Shown here piece after piece: positions 25,627 to 37,560 of a DNA stretch of 64,000 nt. The translations under genes were made by a program, and so were the position numbers. The stretch is from Vicugna vicugna (Eukaryota). The DNA lies in contig MU058844.1 in NCBI GenBank assembly GCA_013265495.1, forward strand, positions 440,941 through 504,940, read 5' to 3'. Numbering within the stretch: the stretch's first letter is position 1; every line of letters begins with the position of its first letter. The notes under the pieces are model-generated. The model was not told the DNA's origin. It saw only the letters and a list, made by a program, of their open reading frames with translations, and searched no databases.

Positions 25627-26477
25627 CTATTAAAAAAAGATGAAATGTAAAAATTTTACCTTGTCATAACAAAATTTATGTGAAAGTTATTTTCTCTCTG
25701 CATGCTACTTTTCCACTGCCCAGTCCTTGTTCCTTTTACCCAGTCCTGTAACAGACGGACTGGGACTTCAGCATGTGCCCCATTCAAATCCAGACTGCAA
25801 ACTGACAGACTGGTACATATTGTCTCCTCTATTGAGAAGGTGCTCATCCCTTAAGACCCATCTCTAGGAAACCTTGCTGATGATACACCACACCCAATGA
25901 GAGTCTTAGCGTTCACTTCCCATTTATGCCCTAACTGGTGTTCAAGGAGTTTTTATGGCACTTGATCTATGCTGTTTTGCCTGAGAAAAAGCAAGTTCTA
26001 TTTATCGTCAGCTTTGACAAGATAAGCGGGCCAACTGTGCTTCTGTGCATTTGTGATGTATGTGCCCCATTTTACTGAACTTTAAGAGAAAGCGAGTAAA
26101 ATAAAAGCAATTGGCTTCTTATTTGTTTGAAAAGTAACTGTAGCACATGATGAATGTCTCTGAGCATTCTTACTCAGTTAATATTAACCTTGCTCTGGGG
26201 CGAGGCCATCATGTTATGTATTGATCACAGATCAGACTTGTCTGTTATATAATTGTGTGTTATATAATTCTGAGGGACTTCTACATTGATTTTAGCTCTA
26301 TTTTACCAGGTGGAAAAAAAATATCTTAGCCAAGTGCTAGCTGTAGTCACATGCTTTAAAATGTTGAATTAGACAACCAAACAGCACCCACATGACCTGC
26401 CTGTCTTCTTGCCTGCTGTATGTGGCAAAGTGCCTTGTTTGTGAACCTCACACAGAACACGCTACTCTTCATCTTAC

Positions 26478-26588
26478 CTCTTCGTAAACCTCCCTCACGG
26501 CAGCACCACCAGGCTCCTCCTCGGGCTCCATTCCTCCTCCTGGGACAATCCACTGGTCTGGGTACCGACTACTGCTCACCAGCAGCAC
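26478..26588 (-). CDS. NUDT4: NUDT4 coding exon 2
   Basis: CCTTACAG acceptor; VLLVSSSRYPDQWIVPGGGMEPEEEPGGAAVREVYEE (Nudix box); GAG|GTAAGA donor; 111 nt. Confidence 0.98.
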
Positions 26589-27280
26589 CTGTAAGGCCGA
26601 CCATAACTGTGAACTCCCAGCCCTAGAGGCACTATGGACTATAAGCAACATTCTCAAACCTCTACAAGGGTGGAAATTTCTCTACATTAACCCATTTTTA
26701 AATTTCATTAAAATTATTAAGGGGACATGTTACACCATAGAAAAGTAGTTGACTGCCTTTGTAAACACTGTCTTTTTGAATTCAGAATTCAACAATAACA
26801 TGATCACATTACTAAATCGTTTTGTAACCAACGAAGTCATTTTAACTACAAGATTCAATTAGCCAAACTCTCTAATTCTTGGATACCAACAGAAGACAAA
26901 AGCAGAGACTTGGTTTACTAGCCCTAGTAAACAGTAACTATGGGCTCTGATCCAGAGCTGTATGCACTGAGGTTTGTGGTCACATCTGTTATTCTTAGTT
27001 ACAGAATCTCATTAGTTATTCCTACAAAGTCAAGGATATGTGACCTCTGGCAGGTCACCTTGTTCCTTCACCTATAGCATGGATGCATACTCAAAGAAGA
27101 TAACAGGTGCTGTGAGAAAAGAACAGGGAAATCATGTAAAGCTAATGCTTAGTACAGAGAAAGTTCATATTTTTACACCTATGAAGCGGTGGAAAGAGGC
27201 ATCCTTCATATTCTAAACCTATATAAACAAGCTAAAGCCTCTCCATTTGTTAACAGGCAGCTATAATTTATGATCTAGAA

Positions 27281-27529
27281 GGGGGATGGCAAGTTATAGC
27301 CTGCTGCCTATTGTTTGTAGAATCCTTGAGCTAAAGGTGGTTTTTATATTTTCAAATTTCAGTGCTCATAAATACAAATTTCAAGAATCCAGTCACACTC
27401 ATTTTTTTCCATGTAGTCTATGGCTGATTTCATCCTACAGTTGCAGAGTTGGGGAATTTTGACAGAGACTGTGTGGCCCACAAAGCCTAAAATATAATTT
27501 GGTCTATAGGAAAAGTCTGCAGATCTGGG
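27281..27529. mobile_element. MER58-like hAT-Charlie MITE
   Basis: GTCTATGGCTGATTT...GCAGAGTTG...GACAGAGACTGTGTGGCCCACAAAGCCTAAAATA. Opposite orientation to the copy at 17.9 kb. Confidence 0.7.
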
Positions 27530-29076
27530 TCAAGGATAGCATTAAGCTTGAAATGTGCACACACTTAAAAAAACCATTATCACAGAGTATACTGTAGGTT
27601 CACGTTTCTTAACAGTACCTGAAACAAGAACTACATATCCATATTTTAAGTGAAAACTTGTGGGCTAGGTGAGGTTGAAATTTCCCAGTTAGAAAAACAA
27701 AACAAAACAAAACAGGCTATGATAAATAACCGAATGATGTTTATGAAGGTAACAGAAGTTTTGACCAAGCTGAACAAAACTGTTTGCAAAATCTCCTTGG
27801 TATACTGCTTTCAAGTAAATGCAAACAGTTCTCACCAGATAAATATGACCAACTGAGAGCAAGGCTTGATCCCCAGTGTGGGTTCTTGTTTGTCGACACT
27901 GTGCCAGCTGTCTGCCCAGCTTCCTGGGTGCTGCCAGAGGAACTGCTGGCCAGCAGGCCATTCACAGCCAGCCCAGGATTCACGTCCTACTCAAATAAGC
28001 TGCCAGAATTCAACCTTCCCTAACTGGAAAGTTCCAGGCTGACAACAGTAGTTTAGCAAGTTCCACCTTTCCCCCAAACCTCTAAAACAGAGTTGGAAGA
28101 TAAGGGAATACCTGTTCAGACATGTAACCTCCTTAATGTGAAAAAAAAAGCAGCATGTCTTTGCCTATGGATGCATCACCACTAAAGAGCAGTGATCAAC
28201 CAAGGCTCAAGCAGTCTGAGCATCGTTTCTTTCACTCTTGCTCTGGACAGAACCCTACTGCTCCCACCAGCATCACTCCTCCAAGTGAAAAGTGAGCAAA
28301 ACACTGGCAAACACAGAGAAAGCACTGTAAATTAACACAATGGTTAACAAAGCTTTAGCTAAAGTACTAATGGTGACACTGAGGCACCAGCAAGTCCAAA
28401 TATAGCAATTTTGGTAAAGTGAAATGTAAGACAGCCTTAAATTTAAGCTTTCTTAAGTATTAGCAAATACGGCTTACATATCAAAATTAGAAACTGAAGA
28501 GCTAGAATAAACAAATCTAGCAAGAACTGGGAAACACAGGTTTCAACTTGAAGGTGTTTGTAACTCTACTGATCATAACCAATATGTATTTCACTCCTTG
28601 ATGCTCAGGATTGATGGGCACCAGTGTTCTCTGTAAAAAGAAGTAACTATCCTTGCAACATTGTTGAGGGTTAGTGAGTATTAAAAACCTTAGATTCTGG
28701 CCTAAGCACTCACTGTTGGCCATTACTCGTTCTTTGGCTTTCCCACTAATTGAATTGAATTCGCTTATCAAAATAAGCTTTTTCCCCAAATTCTGCCAGT
28801 TTGTTTTTTATAATTACTGAGAATTAATGATGAAATGAGGACAGAAAGGAATTATCAAAAAGGCTCTGCAAAGATTCATTAAAGGTGGGTTGTTTAAAAC
28901 TGCTATTAGATTAAGTACTTTTGTGACTACTAAAAAAGACTGGAAGAAGGAAATAAAGTTAAAATTCTACTTTATACAAAGTGAACTGCAAGTCAGATTT
29001 TACCTTTGTATTTTATTCAAAAAGGAGGCTTGCTGGGGTCTATGGTATTCAAAAGCTTTGACCCTATATCTAGACT

Positions 29077-29160
29077 GGCGAATGAAAGTAAGTTTTAAGT
29101 TAAAGCAAAAATGTTTAAGGCGAATGAAAGTAAGTTTTAAGTTAAAGCAAAAATGTTTAA
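29077..29160. repeat. Perfect 2 x 42-bp tandem duplication
   Basis: GGCGAATGAAAGTAAGTTTTAAGTTAAAGCAAAAATGTTTAA at 29077-29118 and 29119-29160. Confidence 0.95.
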
Positions 29161-32100
29161 GGGAAAAGTAAATGGTCCTGACTGCAGAGTTGGAGGCCTC
29201 TTTTCCTGGTCACTAGCTGTGGGTTAGAGATAACCTGCTTTCTATCATCTGGATAAAATTCTTACTACACAATTATATGCCTTTTAAGTAACCTCCTTGA
29301 GTATCTTCATAATGGGACAGGATGGGGTACACGGGGCTAGCAACAGGAAAAGTACATCCTCATTTAATAAACAAGGAGTCTCAATAATCATCGATATTTA
29401 TAATGTTTGAGTCCTGAAAAAATGAAATTCAGTGTCATGTATCTAGGTCAATGACTTTATGTTCTTATTTGACTAAGACAATCGTTAACAACTAAATTAC
29501 GTAAGATTAATCATGTTGAAAAACCATTGGTAGAGTCTGTGTCTGTTTCTGAACATTTAAGCTTCCGATTTAAAAACAAATCTTTATCTACAGGATATCA
29601 TTATCATATGACTAAGCTTCTCTTCCAAATAATTTAACTGAAACCAAGAACTTACATGCAAGAGTCCCTTGACATTCCAAAATGAATAAATTTGATGAAA
29701 CCATTAACTTCAAATGTATCTCACAAAAAAATTTAAACAAATAATTAATACCAAAGGTATAGAAATAATCAGCATCTAAACTACTAGCTTAAAAGATATA
29801 AGCCTTTGGTGATGGTACAGATTTGAAAACCAGTATGTTATTAAGTACTTGCTTACTCATCTTGAGTACTTTATTCAGAGTTCGAATGAGGTCAAGGCTA
29901 CATAGGGGTGGGGTGTCGGGGGGGCATGGAGGCAGTTGTGATTAAGAAAGAGCAAGAACCGAGGGATATACTCCATAGACAAGAGTAAACAGAATTATGA
30001 CAGAGGTCTGCCAGAGTAGAAGAAATGAATCTAAACAGCATAAGCAGAGACAAGGGCAATTAAAATCCTTCCTACACACTGGAAGAATCTAAGCTATAGA
30101 ACCACATCACAAAGTATTATATTATTCAATATCGACCTCCACACAAAGCCATCTAAACATTCTAAAACACCTCCAATGTACTAGATCTACAATACAGCTT
30201 CAGCATGCTAACTCATGCTCTTAAGTAAGAATGGTATTACTGAAGTAACAAAGACAGGTTATAAAAGCTTATTCAGCAAGAGGATACACAGAACAGCTGA
30301 CAGAGACATACATGGTCATTCATAGGTTTTAAATTCCTTTTTAACTACCTTTCTAGGGATGTTAGATTTGGGGCACCGAACAAAATGACAGTCTGTTACC
30401 ACATTAGTGACAAGATAACAAAGATATAAGTAGACATTCAACCTTCCAGATAAGCCAGAGCTGAGACCAAAGGAAAGATTTATAAAAAGGAGGCTAGCCA
30501 ACCCACCAAATTGTACAGTTAGACTTGAATAACACTCAAACCCCAAAGCCAATGGTGTCAGAGTGGTGACAAGTGAAGACACTTCTCCGATTCAACCTGA
30601 CCACCTTATAATAGCAGCGTTCCTCCCACTACACTATCAGGCCTTACCCCTCTTTTCATGTATTGAACAATCATCAGAATAAAACACCATTAAACTGGCA
30701 TTATTAAGTCACTTCTCACACTTGTCTTTTTCTTAGATACCTAATGTTTTCAGCATTTGGAATAGAAGTATTTCTTACTTAAAGTAGTAATAGTGTAGTG
30801 ATAGTGGTCAACTTGGAACCAGGAAGGTTTGTCTGTGAATTGAAATAATCTGTAGCATAGATTCTATACCCTGTTATCTCCCAACAAGTCCTCCTCATTG
30901 GGGATGTGGAAGAGTGTGTAGACTAAAAATGCTGTTCAAGGTCTATGTAATACAGTTACACCCTCAGAGGCTAGAGGTACATGGGATTGTTAGGTCCTTA
31001 AACCAAGGGGCCCCAAGTTGCCCTCTGTGTTTCAGTTTTTACGTTTACAACTGCTCTTGGCCACGGCCCACCTCTGGGAACTAGTCACTACAAACTACCA
31101 ATTCTTTCCCCCCAAAATACAAAGCTATCCAGAGAACCCCTCAAGTGATCCCTAAATTTAAGAATGAAGAGCTTTATTTTGTGAATTGTAGCTTTTTAGA
31201 AGCTGTTTTGGGGTTGTTGTTCTTTCTTCCCATATCATCATGAACAAGGAGGGCATGAATGGCTGAAGCTACCTCTACCATAGGCATTTGGCCAAAATTA
31301 GGCCAGCAGCACATTAGAAACACCCACTACACAGACAGGCATTTTAAAAGATATTAAGTTACAACAATAGTTATAACAATATCCACCAACCACTGCCAAC
31401 TGATATTCTTAAGCAAATAAATACTACTTTTTGGACCATAGAGGCAGAGTGCTATAAGATCAGAAATACCAGCGCATTCTGTGAAAATGTGTTTAACCCA
31501 AATTAGATTATATGGATTGGTAGACAGAGGTATGTCAATAATACTAAGTTGGGTTGATCATGACTTTTTCTCTCCGAGCATGTCAACGTTTTGGGGTGAT
31601 GCAGTAAGCTTTTACACAATTAGAGAAAACCTTGGTGATATACCAAAACAATAAGAAAAAAATAGGTGCCAACTGTACAGAAGTGCCTTCCCCTGAAGGA
31701 AGTGGCTGGTTGAGTAGCCTAAGTATCCTTCTCCAGGTCTGGGAGAGCTGCAGGCACAGATGAAGAGGACTGGTGACATTTCCCTGTGTTTAGAAAAGGC
31801 CATCTTTGGATAGTTGCTTTAATTTTAATGAAAGTGATTTCCATTTGAAGTATCTTCAAGAACTTAAATCTCTGAGGAAGTAAGAGCCCCAGAATATACG
31901 TCTGAAAAAGGTGGAATGCCTGTTGATTTTAAGCATAAAAATGCTAGTAGAGGTTAAGCACTAATATTTCTTATTGGGATTGTTTTTGTTTATTAGAGCT
32001 CTGGTCTTAGAGTTTCATAGGTCATGAGACTCTACTTTTCCCAGCAAGTCTAAATTTTAATGCATGATTTTGAAGAACCCAGACATTTCGGGAACATACA

Positions 32101-32869
32101 TTTGATATTCTATTATCTGTAGAAGCAGCCCCTGGCTCAAGGAGCTTAAAGGCTAATTAGAGCAAAAAGTTCAAATGGAAGTTCTTAAGATTGTTTTGTC
32201 AATGTTTCTGCCTTGCAACTGTGCCTGGATTCCACCCAGGATCAAGTCATTTCTATTTCTCTCTTTAGCAGACATTCTGTCAGATCATTCTCAAATGTGA
32301 ATACACTGAAAATCGAAATGTTCCTTGTTCAAAAGTAAGAGTTCCTTTCTTGCCTAGCAACTGGTTAGCCTTACATTTAAGGTGCTCTATGTTTTTCAGC
32401 CATTATTTATTCTATGTCATCCTAAGCTGCAGCCCAACTAGACCAGTTCCAAGTCTGTTTGTGATGCCTGGTTCTTCCTTTCCCACTTACTAAAATCCAT
32501 CTCCAAATGACTAATGTTGGATCTTAACCCTGCAATACCTGATGGCACTTTCACCTTACTTTATTTCCCTTGAGATCAGTCAGTTTGTCTAACCTCCCAC
32601 TACAGAATATGCTCCTTAGGAGCTGACACCTTTTATCTTTGTGCATCCCTGTTCCAACTATCATATATGCAAGTATGTTCAATGGAATTCAGTTCGGGTT
32701 ACCTTTTCTGAATGTACTGTCCTCTTTCACTGCACAAGCACAGTATCCCAGCTACTCTATGGGACACTTATTTGTTGCCTTGTCTGGAAGCCCAACTGTC
32801 AAAACTAAGGGTGGTTCCCTACAAAAATAACTAGCTGGAGAGAGGATCAAATGGACATGAGATTTAGAA

Positions 32870-33005
32870 ATAAAGGACCTGGGGTTCAAAATGACCTGCC
32901 AGCTTCTGTGACCTTGGGACAAGTTACTTCTGCTGCCTATACAAGTGCTAATGCTTATTATTTACCTCACATGGCAGAAAAAGATAAAATGGGAAAATAC
33001 GTAAA
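32870..33005 (+). repeat. MIR SINE fragment
   Basis: GACCTGGGGTTCAAA...CTGTGACCTTGGGACAAGTTACTT. Confidence 0.6.
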
Positions 33006-33889
33006 ACCACGCCCCAAAGAACAGAGAGCCAGATCAGAGTACTGCATAGCTTTTGAGGGTCAAACAGCAGTTACTGTTTTATTTCAACTTACAGTCAATA
33101 ATAAACATTTCACCCTAAAGTGAAGGATACATTTAAATCTCCCAAACCAGGATCTAAGTGTTCTTAACCCATTACGGGGAAACACTTCTCACCTTTTAGC
33201 TAAAGAAGCATGGGTTTAGGATGGTTTGGAGCCTATCCCTGTAAGGCTAGCAAAGAAATTTCAACAGAGTGGGAATAAATTAGTAACAAAGCAGCAAGAT
33301 GTCCAGGGAAGCTAACTAACAAGATTCGTTCTGTAATTATCATACAATAGCAAGCATCCCAACTACACACAGTAACAGAAATTAAGATCCTGCAGATCTA
33401 ACCAGATTTAAAGTTGGCTATGCATTATTTAGAGAATTACAGAGCCTTCCTCCACAGCACATTCTCTAAGAAACTAATTCACTTGGTTTCTCAACCTCCA
33501 GGTCATGAGAGTTACAACTTTTTACATAACAAATTAATCGAATAAATTCTCCAAATCTTGCTCCTTACTTCATTTTATAATGGCACTGGACTCTTAACTA
33601 GAGGCTAGGAATTTAGCATTTATTACAGGAGAAACAATTTCAAAGCATAAAAACAACTCATTTATTTGCTAAGGTAACTTATGAAGCCCTCCTCAGACTT
33701 TGCTTTACCATTCACACAATACAGATCATTTCAATTTCTTCCCATTTCCCATATTTTCCCCTGGGAACTTTTTCAAAGCCTGAATTCCAAGTTCACGCTA
33801 CGTCAACACTTCAAAGTCACCACTTTCAGAAAATCTCCCAAGCTCAGCCTCACAAAATCTCACTCATTCAGCAAATAGCATGCACCCAA

Positions 33890-34060
33890 TCGCTGTGGGC
33901 TGAGCCCAGCATCAGAAGCAGCGACTGGATGCTGAATTCTGACTGTACTACTTCCTAATTATGTCTCTGCAGCTGTTTCCTCACCTATAAACTTGCACTA
34001 AAATGATTAAATATAACAAAGGTCTTCAGGCAGCGCCCTGCACCTAGGAAGCAATCAACT
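33890..34060 (+). repeat. MIR SINE fragment
   Basis: CTGGATGCTGAATTCTGACTGTACTACTTCCTA...TGTTTCCTCACCTATAAA...ATTAAAT. Confidence 0.55.
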
Positions 34061-35279
34061 AAGAAAATAATTACGCAATAGTGAGCCAATCATATTCGAT
34101 CCTTGACCTATCTTGATCACTTTTGGCTACTGTATTCTTTTATATTCAAAGTTTGCCTGTAATTTGGCCCTTCCCTCAAGGACCTTCTAGTCTTTTTAAC
34201 CAAATGCACTTAATGCTTGTTAACTTTGTAAATGCTAAAAATCTTTCCTGTTCTATTTTCTGGCTGTCCTAAGGATGCCCAGCTCAAAGACACCAACTTC
34301 TCCTGAAAACTCCTTCGGAATTTAAGTTTAACTGTTTAAAAGCCCTCAACTGAGCACCAGATCAGCACTATAGGGCTTAGTTTCTTTTCAAAACACAAAG
34401 GCAAAACAAGAGTTTGAAGAGCGCTACTTTGAAGCACCTTGATTTTTGTTAGCATAGTAAGAACAATTAAGCCACTGAGAGTACAGTATGTCACCCTCAT
34501 CCTAACTACAGGGACTATCAATAAGGAAGCCATTAAATTCCCATCTCCAGCTTTAGCCTGGTATTGTACTGGACACATTTAGCTATGGAAGCAGAACTCA
34601 GAATTTTAATGTTTTCCCTGCCTAATCATTTTAGAACTGGCAATGCTAAGAGGCTTTCGTTGACTACCAATTGCCTGTTATTGCCCTAAGCAAATTAAGA
34701 ACAGCGAACCAATTTAATTTAAATAAATGTAACTGAAATAAGTATAAAAACTGCTCTCCAGGAAAACCTCAAGGGCCTCACTCTCAACCCAGTGCTGATG
34801 GATGAATTGTAGAAGACTACTTCCTCTTAGAACAAGAAGGACTGCTCCTCTTCATATGTCAAGCAAAACACAGCAAAGAAGCTTTAATAAATATGCAGGG
34901 AGCTAGAGATTGCTGTCTGAAAATGGCAACTTTGCCCACCTCTAGTCCATCTTCTCCCTTCTGGCGTGGTTCCACATTCTTCACTAACCATCTATCTGCA
35001 GTCAGAAAACTTTAAAAGAGGAGGCTTTGTTAAAAAAAATTATAACTATGCCAAGTGCTTGTGAGTTAAAGGATCCACTTAGAAGGAGAATTAACAGAAT
35101 GAGACCGAATGGTTTTATAAAGCACGGGGACTGTTTGGCTATTCCACAAACATGCCTAGATTTAATCCGAAACCGCAAACTGCTGTAACATGGGAGGAAA
35201 ATGTAACAGAGGCAGAAAGGCCTGGGCTCACGCCATTTCTACACTCTGTTAGCACTCAAGGTTTATCTCGTTTTACGCT

Positions 35280-36580
35280 CAGTTCGCAGGTTAAGATGGT
35301 GACTCCCGCTAAGCGCGACCTAGACGGCCTGGGACCTTCCCAGGGGCCAGGGGGCGTCTTAGCCTCCCATTCTAACCACGACCCGGTGGGAGAGCGTAGG
35401 GCTGGGCGAGCCCCTTTGTTTCCACAATCTACCCAGAGGAAGGAAGGAGGGAGGGCGGGAGGGAAGGAGGGAGGAGGCTAAACTCTCCCAGCCCAGGGGC
35501 CAGACCGAGGGTCGGGCGGGGAAGGGGATGGAGAAAGGGAAAGGCAAGAGCAAGGACCCTCCCACTCCGACCAGCCCGGACACCCACCCTGCCGCCCCAG
35601 CCTAGGGCACAGTGTAGGCCGGCCGCCCTCACCTCGTCCTCCTGCTCGCTCCGGAAGCACAGGCACGCCGCCCGCTTCTTGAAGCCCTCGCGGTCATAGG
35701 TCCGCGTCTGGTTGGGCTTGAACTTCATCATAGAGGCGGGCTCTTGCTGCCGCTGCTGCTCCGGCCGCCGCTGCGGGGGCCCGGCCGCCGCCACCCGGCC
35801 GGGGAGTCGGGGCGAGAGCAAGTCGGGACGCAGGGAGGCGAGGCGGCGGCGCGGGGAAGGGGCAGCGAGGCCGGTCAGTCCCGGAGCCGGCGGCCGCTCC
35901 GACGCGGGGCAGTGCGCGAGCGTCGGTCACTGGAGCCCGGGTGCCGGAGAGGAAGCGCTGCCTCTGCCCGGGCGTCTGCCGCTCTCCATGGAGCCCGCCG
36001 ACCGCTCGCCTCGGCTCCCTCCTGCTGCTGCTGCTGCCGCCCCCGCCGCTGCTGCTGCCGCCGAGGGTAGAGCGAGGCTGCAAGCCCGAGGATCGCGCCA
36101 CGAGAAGACAGTTGCACGAACTCCCGCCGACTGGGCAACAGCGCCGCGGCAGGTTTGCGCCGCCCACTCCGCCCTATTTAAGGGGGCAGCTCACGCCCCA
36201 CCCCCCGCGCGCCCAGCCCCGCGCGCGCCTCTGCGCCTGCGTGAGGGGAACCGTTGCGGCGGGGGAGGGGTGGCAGGGACGGAGATTCGGCCTGCGGGCG
36301 GCTGCAGTTCCGCGGGGCCTGAGAGCTCGTGCCCGAGTAGAGCCCGAGAGGACGGGGCTCCACAAAAATACCAGTGACTGGAAAGAAGCAAAGACCTCTC
36401 CCTCCCTGGTTGTAAATCCTGTGATTTTCCTTGTGAGGACCTTAAATAGCACCTCCTCGAGTGGGGCTCTAACTACACGCCTCCTCAGCAAAGTCGCACC
36501 CTGGTCAGGAAATGCCAGGGGGCTTCGCGGCGATTGCAGTCTCCGCGGTGACTTGTAGACGTCCAGAGTGCGCCCGTGAA
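35280..36580. promoter_or_regulatory. NUDT4: CpG island spanning the NUDT4 promoter, 5'UTR and exon 1
   Basis: Very GC- and CpG-rich, with GC boxes and a TATA-like TATTTAA/TTAAATA at 36175-36181 next to GGGCGG motifs. Confidence 0.9.
35633..35731 (-). CDS. NUDT4: NUDT4 coding exon 1
   Basis: MMKFKPNQTRTYDREGFKKRAACLCFRSEQEDE, donor GAG|GTGAGG. The exons sum to 99+111+45+85(88)+203 = 543(546) nt, i.e. 180(181) aa. Confidence 0.98.
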
Positions 36581-36849
36581 GTGCGGGGAGAGAAGAGAGT
36601 GAAGGTGAAGACATTGGTTAAGAGGTTTTATTGGTTTTGTTTGGTTTTCAGGGGAAGGGAGATAGAAAATTTCCTTTTTATTTTTCAATCTTTGGTTGTT
36701 GGCGGGGGGGAGGTTGCTGTGCGTCGCTTGGATTCTTTAAAGAGTCAACTCAAGCATAAACGTTTGTTTGAAGCCGTGGGTAACATCTCCCACTTTGTCC
36801 CACCCTCCAGAAGGCATTCATTAACACTGGCAATGGCTAATATTTCCGA

Positions 36850-37560
36850 AGTGTGGCTTATGCTAAGTAACAGGCACCGCTAGATGCTGGGGCCACAGCA
36901 GTGAATAGAATGGAATGTCTGCTATATAGGGGCTTACAGTCTCTCGGGGACAACTTTTTCTTTTTCATACAAGCGCTAAGATAGGAGCCTGGAAGCTTAT
37001 CTTGGTGTTAAGGAAGGTGTTAAGGAAGCTCTGGTGAGCGCACTCCCCCACCGTCCCCCGCCCCTGCCCTCCTGTCCCCTACACAGAGCCCTGGCTGCTT
37101 AGGTCCAGTCACCTCTGACCGTTCATTCTTCATTCCTGGAGGACCTACTGTGTGCCAGGCACTGGCATCTAAAACCAGCCCCAGCCCTGCCATGAACTTA
37201 GGCACCTGAGAACAGGCAGTCAAACATTACACAATCACACAAGTACAGGTAAAACTATAAATGTGACAAGACCTCAGGTGGTAGAGGGTTTTATGGGGAA
37301 ATTTGACTAGATCTGGAGGTCAGAAAAAGCAACAGGACATGAGCTGAGGGCTAAATAAACCAAAAGCCTGGTGAGCTTTCGAGGCTGAGGGACTTATGCA
37401 AAGTCTAGAGCGGGAGGGATTGTAGAAATGAAAGAAAAAGACCACTGTGGATGCAGATGTGGTGCGGGAGGTGGGTTCCACCTGTGGCACAGGAGGCTGT
37501 GAGGGCTGACGTTTCAGAGCCTGGGGGCCCTTGGAGAGCCAAAGCAGGGCATTGGTCTTC
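36850..37560 (-). mobile_element. LINE-2 fragments
   Basis: TTCATTCTTCATTCCTGGAGGACCTACTGTGTGCCAGGCACTG and ATGCTAAGTAACAGGCACCGCTAGATGCTGGG are L2 3'-end-like motifs. Confidence 0.6.

Noticed and set aside
35152..36883. Many overlapping 60-221 aa ORFs on both strands
   Set aside because: Expected from stop-codon scarcity in a CpG island. They are low-complexity Arg/Pro/Ala/Gly sequences with no homology I recognise, apart from NUDT4 exon 1.
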